In this document: positions 8,759 through 17,601 of the stretch, one piece after another
Numbering within the stretch: position 1 is the stretch's first letter
Layout of the letters: each line of letters opens with the position of its first letter
DNA from: a virus
Strand: one strand, 5' to 3'
DNA: 64,000 nucleotides
Virus record (IMG/VR): IMGVR_UViG_3300031951_000093
Coordinates: 15,994-79,993 of that record
The notes under the pieces: generated by a model
The model's database searches: none
The model's input: the letters and a program-made list of their open reading frames with translations, nothing else
What the model was told of the DNA's origin: nothing
Translations under genes and position numbers: made by a program

Positions 8759-9156
8759 TTTGTTTGACGTTCGAGTTTTGTTATTATAGCATTTTGGCGA
8801 TCAATTATTTGACTTTGCATTTTAATTGTAAATTGAGATGTTTTTACCTCTTCAGCCAGTTCTGTTAGCGCTGATCTTTGATCTTCAATATGAAGTCTCA
8901 ATAACTTGCGATCTTTATTAGCTTCTTTGTATTTAAAGGCAAAGTGCTTTGCACAGCACCGATAAAGCTTGTCCATAACGAAAGTAACTCTTTCTGTGCG
9001 AAATTCAAAATGTTTTTCTATAAATTTATCAGCAAGACTTCTTATCACGCAGTCACCTATCCATCCTTGCCTGTCAAACAGATCATTATCTTCTATAATC
9101 TGCCACATATCATCTTCTGTGGCGTTTTCTCTAATGAAATCATCAAACAAAGTCAT
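8755..9156 (-). CDS. hypothetical protein
   Basis: ATGA-coupled ORF. Confidence 0.7.
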   Translation of the reverse strand: MTLFDDFIRENATEDDMWQIIEDNDLFDRQGWIGDCVIRSLADKFIEKHFEFRTERVTFVMDKLYRCCAKHFAFKYKEANKDRKLLRLHIEDQRSALTELAEEVKTSQFTIKMQSQIIDRQNAIITKLERQTK

Positions 9157-9755
9157 CTGGATTGATCGCGTTGTTTTCTATTTACACTAGCACAATACAA
9201 AGCATCTACCCAAGCCTGTAACACTTCGTCGCCATTGTGCAGCTCAATCTTCACCTGTTCATCACTCACTTGAATCAAGCTGCAAACGTCAATCATCACC
9301 CCACGATCGGCCAACGTGGCCACCGCTGAGCCCATCTCAGCCCATGGCACAACCGCAGGAGCACCACCTAATCCGCTTGGCCATACCGAAACTAACCCCA
9401 GCCCCTTGCTACCTAAATTCGCTGCAATATCAACAGTTACAGCAGCTTCATGTTGCGGAACTATTAAGTGAATCATTGCACCTAAAATCTCCATCTTTTC
9501 CCATAACTTATGATTGATTAAAATATCTATCATCGGCTTAACGGAATTAAACTTATCCGATGGCTTCCAGTCTTTGTTTTTTGCATAACTAATAGCAGCC
9601 GCACGCAGTAGCTTATTGCGCCCAGAAAATGAAGGCGGTAAATTATACGCTTCTGATATGATATTCATCGCAGGCATCAAGATCTTTTCTCCTGCAATAT
9701 ATAAGCCTTCTTCAGGCACGGGCTTTACATCATCGCCCTTAATCCATTTCACCAT
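9153..9755 (-). CDS. hypothetical protein
   Basis: coupled ORF. Confidence 0.7.
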   Translation of the reverse strand: MVKWIKGDDVKPVPEEGLYIAGEKILMPAMNIISEAYNLPPSFSGRNKLLRAAAISYAKNKDWKPSDKFNSVKPMIDILINHKLWEKMEILGAMIHLIVPQHEAAVTVDIAANLGSKGLGLVSVWPSGLGGAPAVVPWAEMGSAVATLADRGVMIDVCSLIQVSDEQVKIELHNGDEVLQAWVDALYCASVNRKQRDQSR

Positions 9756-10444
9756 GGCACATCATCCTCTTTCGTGGTAGTATCTTCAACAGATCCCAGC
9801 CTTTCTTTAATAGCTGTTTCTAGCATTTCTTGCGCTAGATTTTTGTTGCGGGCGATCCATTCATAAGCCAAGGTACCCTGATGTAATAATGGTTTTTTTC
9901 CCATTGATCCACGTAATACGCTTTCGTACATTATCTTGCCCAGTGGACCTTGCAATGGAAATTCAAGTAGTTGTTTTGTTGGTTCTATTGTTGAAATTAA
10001 AATCTTACATTTTTCATAGTATTTGCGCCGTTCTTCTATTGTCATACTGTTTGCATTCCAGTAGGCACCAGCCGGTAGCCTGTATTCATCTGAAATGGGC
10101 ATAAATTCCTCGCGCTGTGGTGATGGGTCGTGAAAAGTGTCTGGATCAGATATTCTCGTTCTCAGGTCACTTCTAAAGCCACGATTTAATACTGCTACAT
10201 TATTTTGCAGTGGGTAAATATATCTAAATAGTTGCATGTGAAACGCCATGTCATCTGGTGGATTTGGATCTAGTAGCCGCTGCTTAATTGCATATTGCAA
10301 AATGAACGGATTCAACTCTACAACCACCTTATCTGATAATTGCACATACATCTTGGCTAAAGTCGTTGTAGATAACTGCCGCATCTTCGGCAACATTTCT
10401 AATGCGCAAGCAATCAACCCGGTGAAGTCTTCTTCACTGATCAT
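9749..10444 (-). CDS. hypothetical protein in replication operon (possible helicase-loader partner)
   Basis: coupled ORF; function inferred from position only. Confidence 0.55.
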   Translation of the reverse strand: MISEEDFTGLIACALEMLPKMRQLSTTTLAKMYVQLSDKVVVELNPFILQYAIKQRLLDPNPPDDMAFHMQLFRYIYPLQNNVAVLNRGFRSDLRTRISDPDTFHDPSPQREEFMPISDEYRLPAGAYWNANSMTIEERRKYYEKCKILISTIEPTKQLLEFPLQGPLGKIMYESVLRGSMGKKPLLHQGTLAYEWIARNKNLAQEMLETAIKERLGSVEDTTTKEDDVPW

Positions 10445-11148
10445 GTCGGGAATTGTTGTAGGATTTGACCATCAAGCAAGCATCCACCTTTATCGCCTGA
10501 TCTGCCGCCATTTTGCTTGTGCCAATAGGCAACATTATGCTCGGCGCATTGATCTCTTAATGATCTAAACCAATTTATATCAGCAGGTCTTGCGTTAGGG
10601 CCGGATTCGCCGCCGCTGATAACCCAATTGATTTGGCTCATATATTCCACCGGAATAATCACTTTGCTCAACAATGGTTCAGCACTAATAAAGCGCACTT
10701 TTGCTGGAGTATAACTCAGATAATGAATTCGTTGCAGGCACAAATAACTCTGCTTTTCGCAGCTTACGCCAAGCCATACGTTATCCCATCCTTCACCCCA
10801 GTCGTCAGGCAGATGATCATGTATACGATGCGCTCTTTTTGTCAGAATTTGATATGTCAAGTGTGGCGTGCGCCTAATTATATCCCATGCTTCATCGCGC
10901 CATTTATCCGCATCAACATGAAAAAAGTCACTCCAGCTACACGTAAAGACCTTCGCCGGATCTTTCCATTTTAATGGCTTATTAAATGTAGTTGGCGCAC
11001 TTCTTGTTACAACATTAGACTTAATCCCCCATCGCCCTTCGCGTTCTGTAAACATATAACAATTATCGCAGCCTGAACTAACTTTGTTACATCCTTGCCA
11101 TGGGTTCCATGTGTGATCCGTCCACGAAATGGCTGTGTTTTGACCCAT
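10441..11148 (-). CDS. phage Gp37/Gp68 (DUF5131) family protein
   Basis: ISWTDHTWNPWQGCNKVSSGCDNCY, ILTKR, ISAEPLL, WVISGGESG. Confidence 0.93.
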   Translation of the reverse strand: MGQNTAISWTDHTWNPWQGCNKVSSGCDNCYMFTEREGRWGIKSNVVTRSAPTTFNKPLKWKDPAKVFTCSWSDFFHVDADKWRDEAWDIIRRTPHLTYQILTKRAHRIHDHLPDDWGEGWDNVWLGVSCEKQSYLCLQRIHYLSYTPAKVRFISAEPLLSKVIIPVEYMSQINWVISGGESGPNARPADINWFRSLRDQCAEHNVAYWHKQNGGRSGDKGGCLLDGQILQQFPT

Positions 11149-12347
11149 CAAACAGCACCTTGAGAAAGTGACGTGCAATCCATCATAGCAAAAAACTCAG
11201 CCTCCTCGCGTGCCTGACGTTCTTTAAGTTTTTTTACGATTTGTGAAGCTTCGTGTGCTTTCTCTAAGACATCTTGACGACCATATCTTTGGCGTGGTTT
11301 AGATGATCCACCGCCCATCTTAATGAAGTTATTTAGAGTAATCGACATCCAGCCTTTGCCGTTGATTCTTGCTTTTATTCCAAGGTCACACTGCTCTGAT
11401 ACAGCATCTAAACCACCGTTTACAAAGTCATTGATTTTTGTTAACTCTTGAATCAAAAGAGACCATGCTTGAGGTGTTTTTTTGCCTGCTTTATGCTGCC
11501 AAAATGCTATAATTTTTTCAGAAACCGGAAGCAGCGCCGCCGGAACGTCATCGTTATTAGGGCAAAAAACGGCCGATTTTGCCTTTGAGGCCTGCTTTTT
11601 GACAGGGGCCTCTGAGGGGCCTTCTAGGGGCCTTGGCTGGCCCCAGGGTGGTATGGGCTGCTGAGGCTGTTTTTGGACGCTCAGGGGCGATTCTGGAGGG
11701 GTCTGAGGAGCTCGTGGCTCCAGAAACGATGGATCGCTGATCAGGAAGGTGGGCATGATGGGGTTTTCCACAGGGTTTTCCACAGGTTGGGGAGAAGGGG
11801 CTTTTTCCACGTGGCCGGGCGGTGTGTCGCTGACCGAAGGTCGGCGGGGCTGTTCCGAGCCGTGGGGGGGCGCAAAAGGGGGGTCTTGGTTTTTAAGTTT
11901 TGTTCTTGTTAAAGGCTTCTTGTTAGTGTCCCCCCCCATTTGGGGGAGGGGACCCCTCCCCTGTTTGGGGGATCCCCCATTTGGGGGAGGGGTCCCCCGT
12001 TTGGGGGAGGGGTGTGATCGCGGTCTGATGCGTTCCGATCGGACGTGATAAACCGTTGCAAATCCAGGCCGCTCATGTTTTTCGATCCAACCCTGATCCA
12101 CTAGGACCCGCAGGGATCTGCGAATGTCGTCACCCTTCATTCCGCACTCCTGCTCAAGCCTGGCGATCGTTGGGAACGCAGCGTCTGCGATGCCGGCATG
12201 ATGCCAAAGCCAGCCGTAGACGAAGACCAATCCCTTTCTGTCTCGTGCTGCTGTTAGCAGGTCCAACGGTACCTGCACAAATGCCGATCGCGTCAGTTGA
12301 TCGCGGAGGTTGCCGTCGCCAGTTGTAGACGGTTTCGATGTTTTCAT
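11148..12347 (-). CDS. phage replication initiator (lambda O-like, N-terminal wHTH)
   Basis: AFPTIARLEQECGM...LRVLVDQGWI wHTH; central low-complexity region containing iterons. Confidence 0.75.
   Translation of the reverse strand: MKTSKPSTTGDGNLRDQLTRSAFVQVPLDLLTAARDRKGLVFVYGWLWHHAGIADAAFPTIARLEQECGMKGDDIRRSLRVLVDQGWIEKHERPGFATVYHVRSERIRPRSHPSPKRGTPPPNGGSPKQGRGPLPQMGGDTNKKPLTRTKLKNQDPPFAPPHGSEQPRRPSVSDTPPGHVEKAPSPQPVENPVENPIMPTFLISDPSFLEPRAPQTPPESPLSVQKQPQQPIPPWGQPRPLEGPSEAPVKKQASKAKSAVFCPNNDDVPAALLPVSEKIIAFWQHKAGKKTPQAWSLLIQELTKINDFVNGGLDAVSEQCDLGIKARINGKGWMSITLNNFIKMGGGSSKPRQRYGRQDVLEKAHEASQIVKKLKERQAREEAEFFAMMDCTSLSQGAV
11764..11811 (+). promoter_or_regulatory. DnaA-box-like cluster (TTTTCCACA x2, TTTTCCACG)
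   Basis: 11764-11772, 11776-11784, 11803-11811. Confidence 0.55.
11890..12012. repeat. replication origin: four iterons plus AT-rich tract
   Basis: CCCCCRTTTGGGGGAGGGG-like units at about 11933, 11957, 11974, 11994 next to T-rich 11890-11925. Confidence 0.75.
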
Positions 12348-12446
12348 GGTAAAATCACCTTAGTTCTGTTTTCATGCAAGCTCCTTTCAGTCGGCAAAAC
12401 TGAATCGGGAGCATCCGAGCCTACGGTTTGCGCCGTAGGCTTTTTC

Positions 12447-12520
12447 ATCTTAGCAGCCTTTTGAGATCTGCGTAACGATTCGTAACGAGTTGCGCAAGGC
12501 TTGTGGTTGGGTGCTATGGT
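12447..12520. promoter_or_regulatory. divergent promoter region with CGTAACGA direct repeat
   Basis: CGTAACGA at 12471 and 12481; TAAGAT (minus, 12447-12452) and TATGGT (plus, 12515-12520). Confidence 0.55.
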
Positions 12521-12543
12521 TTTGGTTGAGTTGAATTTTCTTG

Positions 12544-12741
12544 ATGGATCGATCTGAAATTCTTTCATGGGTCTTTGCGCTATCGATTCTCTTTTCAATC
12601 ATTTCCTCGGCTCACTTGATTGGCGCTTTTAATGAAGCATCCGCATTTAATCGCTTTACAACAGGGCCAAAAGCTACCGTTTGGGATGCGTTGTTTCTTG
12701 AGCTTCGCGTAGAAGCACAGTGCAATAATCAAAAGCCTTGA
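12544..12741 (+). CDS. small membrane protein
   Basis: N-terminal TM segment. Confidence 0.6.
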   Translation: MDRSEILSWVFALSILFSIISSAHLIGAFNEASAFNRFTTGPKATVWDALFLELRVEAQCNNQKP

Positions 12742-12839
12742 AATGGAAAGCTTTGTAAACTTAATCCCCATCGCATCGCGTGATGCCTTATGGTGGTGGT
12801 TGCTTCTTTCAGCTTCATTGCTTTTGTTGAGTTCTGTTT

Positions 12840-13007
12840 ATGATGACTGATCTAACGCCTGAGCGAATTCGCGCCATAGATGACTACAGGCTTAAAAAAG
12901 AAAAGCTTTGGCAGGCTGAGGATGAGCTTGCTTTAGCAGCATTAGAATGTCGATCAAGCGGGATTAATCCTGAATTTATCACTGAAACCGGCTACGGACC
13001 AAAATGA
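12840..13007 (+). CDS. small hypothetical protein (MMTDLTPERIRAIDDY...)
   Basis: manually read ORF with ATGA coupling to next small hydrophobic ORF. Confidence 0.55.
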   Translation: MMTDLTPERIRAIDDYRLKKEKLWQAEDELALAALECRSSGINPEFITETGYGPK

Positions 13008-13295
13008 TTAAACTTCTTGCCGCCGTTATTGGCGGTGCTTTATCAATCGTTGTACTAATTGCTCCTGGTTATGCACCTGCTTGGTTAATTTTTTTGCACT
13101 GGCTGCTTGCAGTTTGTCAGTGGACACTTGTTTTTTGGATTATTTCTTTAATTAAGGCAAGCAAAAATGACTAACGGATTTTCCGCCGTTTTTGCCTTTC
13201 TCCTATTTCTTGCGGGATCAATGTCAATTGTATGCACCGCTGCTTTTGTGCTTATGAAAATAACTGAAGATCCCAGGGAATAACAGCTACAAAAA

Positions 13296-13368
13296 GGCGG
13301 CCTAGCAATCTGGAGAATGCAGTGGCCTCATAAGCCTCCGAAGGTGGGTCCGATTCCCACGGCCGCCA
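13296..13368 (+). tRNA. tRNA with CAT anticodon (elongator Met or Ile2)
   Basis: acceptor GGCGGCC/GGCCGCC-A, loop CTCATAA, T arm GTGGG-TCCGATT-CCCAC (TCC instead of TTC). Confidence 0.8.
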
Positions 13369-13543
13369 TTACAACTCATGACAAGCTCATGACAAGTGCA
13401 AAACCCTTGCACCACAACAGATCTCAAGGATTTTCAAACCTGATCTGATGGCGATTTTTAGCACTTGCGATACTGCTTTAATGCCAGGCCGCTTGCGATT
13501 TGTTGCATTTTATGCCAAGATCATAGAAATTTAATTTCATGAC

Positions 13544-14263
13544 ATGGCAAAAAGTAATGTTTGGGATATAAATTGCGGCCATAGTTCACGGAATAAAGAA
13601 AGCAAAGAAGCTTATCGGCGCTTTAGGATTTACCTTGAGATGGGTCCATCGCGTAACGTAAACAAGCTGTCTTCGATATTGAAAATACCAAGACAAAATC
13701 TTTATGTTCAAGCAAAAACATATAGCTGGGCCGATAGAGTCGAAGCCTATGATACTTATATCGCAAAAGCGAATCAAATAGATAGCATGAATAAAATGGT
13801 GGATGGCCTATCGCCATTACCTGAAGTTAATGTTTTGACGCCAGATCCTGAAGTAATAAACCCTGACGTGATTGACTATAATGCAATGACGGCAAAACCA
13901 GATAGGCATACGCAAGAAATTAGCTTATATCAAAGACAATTTAAGGGCATTGGTCAAAGTTTAGCTAATGAAGCGCTTGCTACATTGGAACTTGCTAAAG
14001 ACTGTCGGGAAGTAATTCAGCAAGATGCAGAGCGATATAAAAAAGCAGTAGAAGATGGTGCACATGACAAAGCATTAAGCATTGCAAAGCGTATATCTGA
14101 AAAGATTAAGCAATACACTATGCTTGGTGGTTTAGCTGTAAACTATGGCAACAGCAGTCGTACACTCTGGGGCGATGCGATCGGGATCAATACCGTGCTA
14201 CAGTGTTTCTATACTATGCAACAAAATGTTAAGAGTGGCGCGAAGGGTGGAAAGCGTGGGTAA
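13544..14263 (+). CDS. putative terminase small subunit
   Basis: ESKEAYRRFRIYLEMGPSR...YSWADRVEAYD resembles a common TerS N-terminal HTH. Confidence 0.55.
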   Translation: MAKSNVWDINCGHSSRNKESKEAYRRFRIYLEMGPSRNVNKLSSILKIPRQNLYVQAKTYSWADRVEAYDTYIAKANQIDSMNKMVDGLSPLPEVNVLTPDPEVINPDVIDYNAMTAKPDRHTQEISLYQRQFKGIGQSLANEALATLELAKDCREVIQQDAERYKKAVEDGAHDKALSIAKRISEKIKQYTMLGGLAVNYGNSSRTLWGDAIGINTVLQCFYTMQQNVKSGAKGGKRG

Positions 14264-14266
14264 GAT
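14218..14266 (+). promoter_or_regulatory. HLR1-like direct repeat + -10 promoter
   Basis: GCAACAAA-AT-GTTAAGAG, TAAGAT at 33 nt. Confidence 0.55.
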
Positions 14267-14289
14267 ATGGGGGTTCCTTTCGTTGAGGT

Positions 14290-14490
14290 TTGATTTTGGA
14301 CGGTTCGATTCTTAATCGGTTGCGTGATACAATTGGCTTTGAATATGACAAAAGGCTGGGTTTTTTTGTTGTGTTTGAAGAAGGAGAGTATTTTGATACT
14401 AATCTTTCAATTGATCAAATGATGCAACTTAGCCAGGAAATCGCTGATCTAGCGCAAAAAGCAATGCAAGAGGAGGAAGGTAATGCCTGA
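14290..14490 (+). CDS. hypothetical protein (similar to next gene)
   Basis: SILNRL...QLSQEIADLA vs SILKRL...QLGDELIAMA. Confidence 0.6.
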   Translation: MILDGSILNRLRDTIGFEYDKRLGFFVVFEEGEYFDTNLSIDQMMQLSQEIADLAQKAMQEEEGNA

Positions 14491-14761
14491 TTCAATCCTC
14501 AAACGATTAGGAGGCATTTTCTCCGTGTGGGTTAATGCCGCAGGCACATTTACCGTGCAAGCCAAGCATTACGGTTATTCAACTGCGCTAGAATCCTTGA
14601 CGGCAACAGAATTGCGTCAACTCGGCGACGAATTGATCGCAATGGCAGATGCAATGGAACCGGAATCAGAACAGGAAGATATTGATCCATCCGAAGCAGA
14701 AATGCACGATTGGAACAATCATCCTGCGCTCACCGCAGAGCAAAGAGGAGGCGTGAAATGA
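14483..14761 (+). CDS. hypothetical protein
   Basis: ORF with GAGGAGG SD. Confidence 0.7.
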   Translation: MPDSILKRLGGIFSVWVNAAGTFTVQAKHYGYSTALESLTATELRQLGDELIAMADAMEPESEQEDIDPSEAEMHDWNNHPALTAEQRGGVK

Positions 14762-14855
14762 ACATTGCGTTTTATGTTGCAATCGCTGTGGTATTGCTCC
14801 CTATGATAGTGGTTGCGTTTGTTGCTGCTGTTTGTGGGGCGAAAGGTTTCAAATC

Positions 14856-15134
14856 ATGAGCGAACAAATCAAGCCATTGTTTCACCTTGCAAAACACAAA
14901 GATGGCAATCATCGCGGATCACTTAGGTTGAGATGGTTTATTAAATATGGCGACTCAATGACTGATTTTGGGTTTTCGACCAAATCAGAAGCGTTAGAAT
15001 GGGTTCGTAGACATTGGCTGCTTAATGCTGTTGATTGGCAGAGTAAATATATATTTAGACTAAAAGGTGATACTAGGGATATTTCAATTGTCAGCAAGGA
15101 TGGATATTCGCTAAAAGCCTTTTCTTGTGTTTAA
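14856..15134 (+). CDS. hypothetical protein
   Basis: ORF. Confidence 0.6.
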   Translation: MSEQIKPLFHLAKHKDGNHRGSLRLRWFIKYGDSMTDFGFSTKSEALEWVRRHWLLNAVDWQSKYIFRLKGDTRDISIVSKDGYSLKAFSCV

Positions 15135-15135
15135 T

Positions 15136-15185
15136 GTTTCAAATTGTTAAAACAGCTAGCCGTCTGATTGTGTTAGTCTTATCGT
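15136..15185 (+). promoter_or_regulatory. HLR1-like direct repeat + -10 promoter
   Basis: GTTTCAAA-TT-GTTAAAAC, TATCGT at 34 nt. Confidence 0.7.
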
Positions 15186-15206
15186 AAGGAAGTCCACCCA
15201 AAGACC

Positions 15207-15461
15207 ATGAATTTTCAACCTCCAGCGCTTAATCCGCGCCCAATCCATCCTTCCTCTAGGCCTCAACCAGTGAAGCCTAGGCCATTAGATCGCCCCAAAG
15301 CGCAAATTGCCATGATCACAACAGAATATGCGCATCGGTTGCTTGCATTGTTTGCGCTATTGTTTGTCATCTCTTTGGGATCTTGCACCATTGCGCCTAT
15401 TCTTGGGGCATTAGAAGGTGCTAGGATTCACGCTCCGGCTAAAACCGCGATGGTGGCGTGA
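15207..15461 (+). CDS. Pro-rich membrane protein
   Basis: ORF with TM segment. Confidence 0.6.
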   Translation: MNFQPPALNPRPIHPSSRPQPVKPRPLDRPKAQIAMITTEYAHRLLALFALLFVISLGSCTIAPILGALEGARIHAPAKTAMVA

Positions 15462-15820
15462 TGGACTTCATTCAGTGCGCGGAATTACTAGAGTCTGAGG
15501 GCTTTGGTAATGCAGCTAAGTTTTTGCGCAATTTCAACAGTGATTCAACTATGTACAATGACACAGATCTGATGAGTTTACTGACTGACCCTAACATCAG
15601 TCAAGGTGCAAAAATTGGCGTCTTGGCTGACATGGTTGTGCCGAATGAGCCAGAGCCAAATTTGAACAAAGGTTATTCTGAAGTGCAGAATAACTTGCAG
15701 GAAATTGCGATGGTGACGTGGATGGCCAAGCAGGCAGTAAGGAAAGAGATGATTGAGATTGCGACTAGTTTGCAAGATGTATCGGTAAACAGTGTAAAAA
15801 TAGTTGATAAGGAGGCTTGA
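15458..15820 (+). CDS. hypothetical protein
   Basis: coupled ORF. Confidence 0.65.
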   Translation: MMDFIQCAELLESEGFGNAAKFLRNFNSDSTMYNDTDLMSLLTDPNISQGAKIGVLADMVVPNEPEPNLNKGYSEVQNNLQEIAMVTWMAKQAVRKEMIEIATSLQDVSVNSVKIVDKEA

Positions 15821-16674
15821 TTGTGATGAAACTATTGCGCGGCGGGTCTTGGGACCCCTTTCCCGAGGACTGCCGCTCGGCTTCCCGCTTCCACGGCGCC
15901 CCCGACCTTGCCGACGACTTCGTCGGGTTCCGCGTGGTCTGCCTCCCGTCACCTTCACCTTCAATCTTTCAACAGATGATTAAACTATTGCGCGGCGGCT
16001 CTTGGGTTAACCATCCCCGGTTCTGCCGCTCGGCCTACCGCGGCAGGGACCACTCGGATTACCGCTACAATGGCTGCGGTTTCCGCGTCACTCAGCCACC
16101 AGGTGCATCCTCGTTTGAAATTACAATGGTTCCCATTTTAGCAGGTGAATTCATGATGGGAACATCAAGCGACCTAAATGAATGGAGCGACGAAGAGCCA
16201 CAACATTTGGTGAATATAAATAGCTTTTCAATAAGCCAAACGCCTATTACTCAGACGCAATGGCGGGCAGTGGCATCATTGCCAAAAGTTGAAATAAATC
16301 TAAAGCTAGATCCATCTTATTTCAAGGGTGATAATCTGCCTGTTGAGAGTGTAAACTGGTATGAAGCAATGGAGTTTTGTCGGAGGTTAAGCGCCGCAAC
16401 GGGAGAAAAATATACACTACCAACAGAAGCGCAGTGGGAATACGCTTGCCGTGCTGGTACTACAACGCCATATAACATAGGGGACAAAATCACAAAAGAA
16501 CAAGCGAACTGTGGCAGCAGTAAAACCACACCAGTGCTCAAGTATCCTCCTAACACCTGGGGATTGCATGATATGCACGGCAATGTTTGGGAATGGTGCT
16601 TAGATGATTGGCACCCTAATTATGAAGGCGCTCCAAATGATGGTAGTGCTTGGCTTGATGGAGATGCAAAATGA
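15817..16674 (+). CDS. FGE-sulfatase/CLec-fold protein, circularly permuted, with two N-terminal DGR-VR-like repeats
   Basis: GEFMMG, LPVESVNW, LPTEAQWEYACRAG, GLHDMHGNVWEWC; RGGSW..CRSA.R..GFRV twice at N-terminus and absent at C-terminus. Confidence 0.88.
   Translation: MIVMKLLRGGSWDPFPEDCRSASRFHGAPDLADDFVGFRVVCLPSPSPSIFQQMIKLLRGGSWVNHPRFCRSAYRGRDHSDYRYNGCGFRVTQPPGASSFEITMVPILAGEFMMGTSSDLNEWSDEEPQHLVNINSFSISQTPITQTQWRAVASLPKVEINLKLDPSYFKGDNLPVESVNWYEAMEFCRRLSAATGEKYTLPTEAQWEYACRAGTTTPYNIGDKITKEQANCGSSKTTPVLKYPPNTWGLHDMHGNVWEWCLDDWHPNYEGAPNDGSAWLDGDAK
15829..16089 (+). repeat. two tandem ~110-bp VR-like repeats (period 153)
   Basis: AAACTATTGCGCGGCGG.TCTTGG...TGCCGCTCGGC...TTCCGCGT in both copies. 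Confidence 0.85.
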
Positions 16675-16958
16675 GACTACAAACTGCTGAAGATAGTGTA
16701 AATTGGCTGCGATGCAATGGCCATGTTAAGATTGGAGTTAAACTTCAAAAAGATTTAGATGCTAATGCTGATATGGTAATAGACAACAAAGAACCTCCGC
16801 TGCATTGCTTGTTAGATGAAGATCCAGAAGCGCAGTTGCCGGAAGTTTGCGTGTTTGATGATCCTGATGGCGTCATAAATGACTGCGCATTTGCTAGACA
16901 TATTTGTGCACAAGGTAGGCTTAAAACAGCATGTAAATACTATAAAAAAGAGATATGA
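16671..16958 (+). CDS. hypothetical Cys-rich protein
   Basis: ATGA-coupled ORF. Confidence 0.6.
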   Translation: MRLQTAEDSVNWLRCNGHVKIGVKLQKDLDANADMVIDNKEPPLHCLLDEDPEAQLPEVCVFDDPDGVINDCAFARHICAQGRLKTACKYYKKEI

Positions 16959-17257
16959 CCAAACAAGTAGATCGGGCATTCTGGGATCAACCAAAGCAGC
17001 TAGACGGCGAGCGCTGGCAAGATTATGTGGTTCGTTTAAGGAGGTTTCGAGAGCAATATGTAGAACCGATAAAAGGTGAGCATTATATAGATTATCTCAT
17101 TCGATGGAAGTGGTTTTATGTTGAGCAGCAACAAATAAGGAATGAGCAATTAAGAGAAAAAAACCAGGCGAAAAAAGAAAAACTTATCAAAGCAAAAAGA
17201 AAGACCAAAATACGATTAAGACTCAAACCACCTGCACATACTAATGCACAATCATGA
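16955..17257 (+). CDS. hypothetical protein
   Basis: ATGA-coupled ORF. Confidence 0.65.
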   Translation: MTKQVDRAFWDQPKQLDGERWQDYVVRLRRFREQYVEPIKGEHYIDYLIRWKWFYVEQQQIRNEQLREKNQAKKEKLIKAKRKTKIRLRLKPPAHTNAQS

Positions 17258-17601
17258 CCGATTCACAAAACCAGCAAGATAAGCTTGCAGAATTAGAAAG
17301 AGATCTTATGTTTGAACGTGCTCAAATTAAAGAAGAGCGCAATAAAATCAACAAAGAAGGAGAAGCATTTTTAAGGGAAATTGATAAAATGCAAAATGAG
17401 TTAGCATCATATAAAGAAGCTTTGGTGCTTGCTGGCAGGATGGCAGATTGCGCCATTAATCTAGTTGGAGGGAGTACTTTGAATGAAGTAATTCAACCAG
17501 TAAGAATTGATCATGTCTCAAGCGCCGCACATCAGTTGCGATTGGTTGTTGAAGCATATAATGATTGCATTATTCAAATGCACGGAACCACAAAACAATG
17601 A
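17254..17601 (+). CDS. coiled-coil hypothetical protein
   Basis: ATGA-coupled ORF. Confidence 0.65.
   Translation: MTDSQNQQDKLAELERDLMFERAQIKEERNKINKEGEAFLREIDKMQNELASYKEALVLAGRMADCAINLVGGSTLNEVIQPVRIDHVSSAAHQLRLVVEAYNDCIIQMHGTTKQ

Noticed and set aside
15817-16674. Complete DGR
   Set aside because: No reverse transcriptase, Avd or AAC-rich template repeat is visible in the window.
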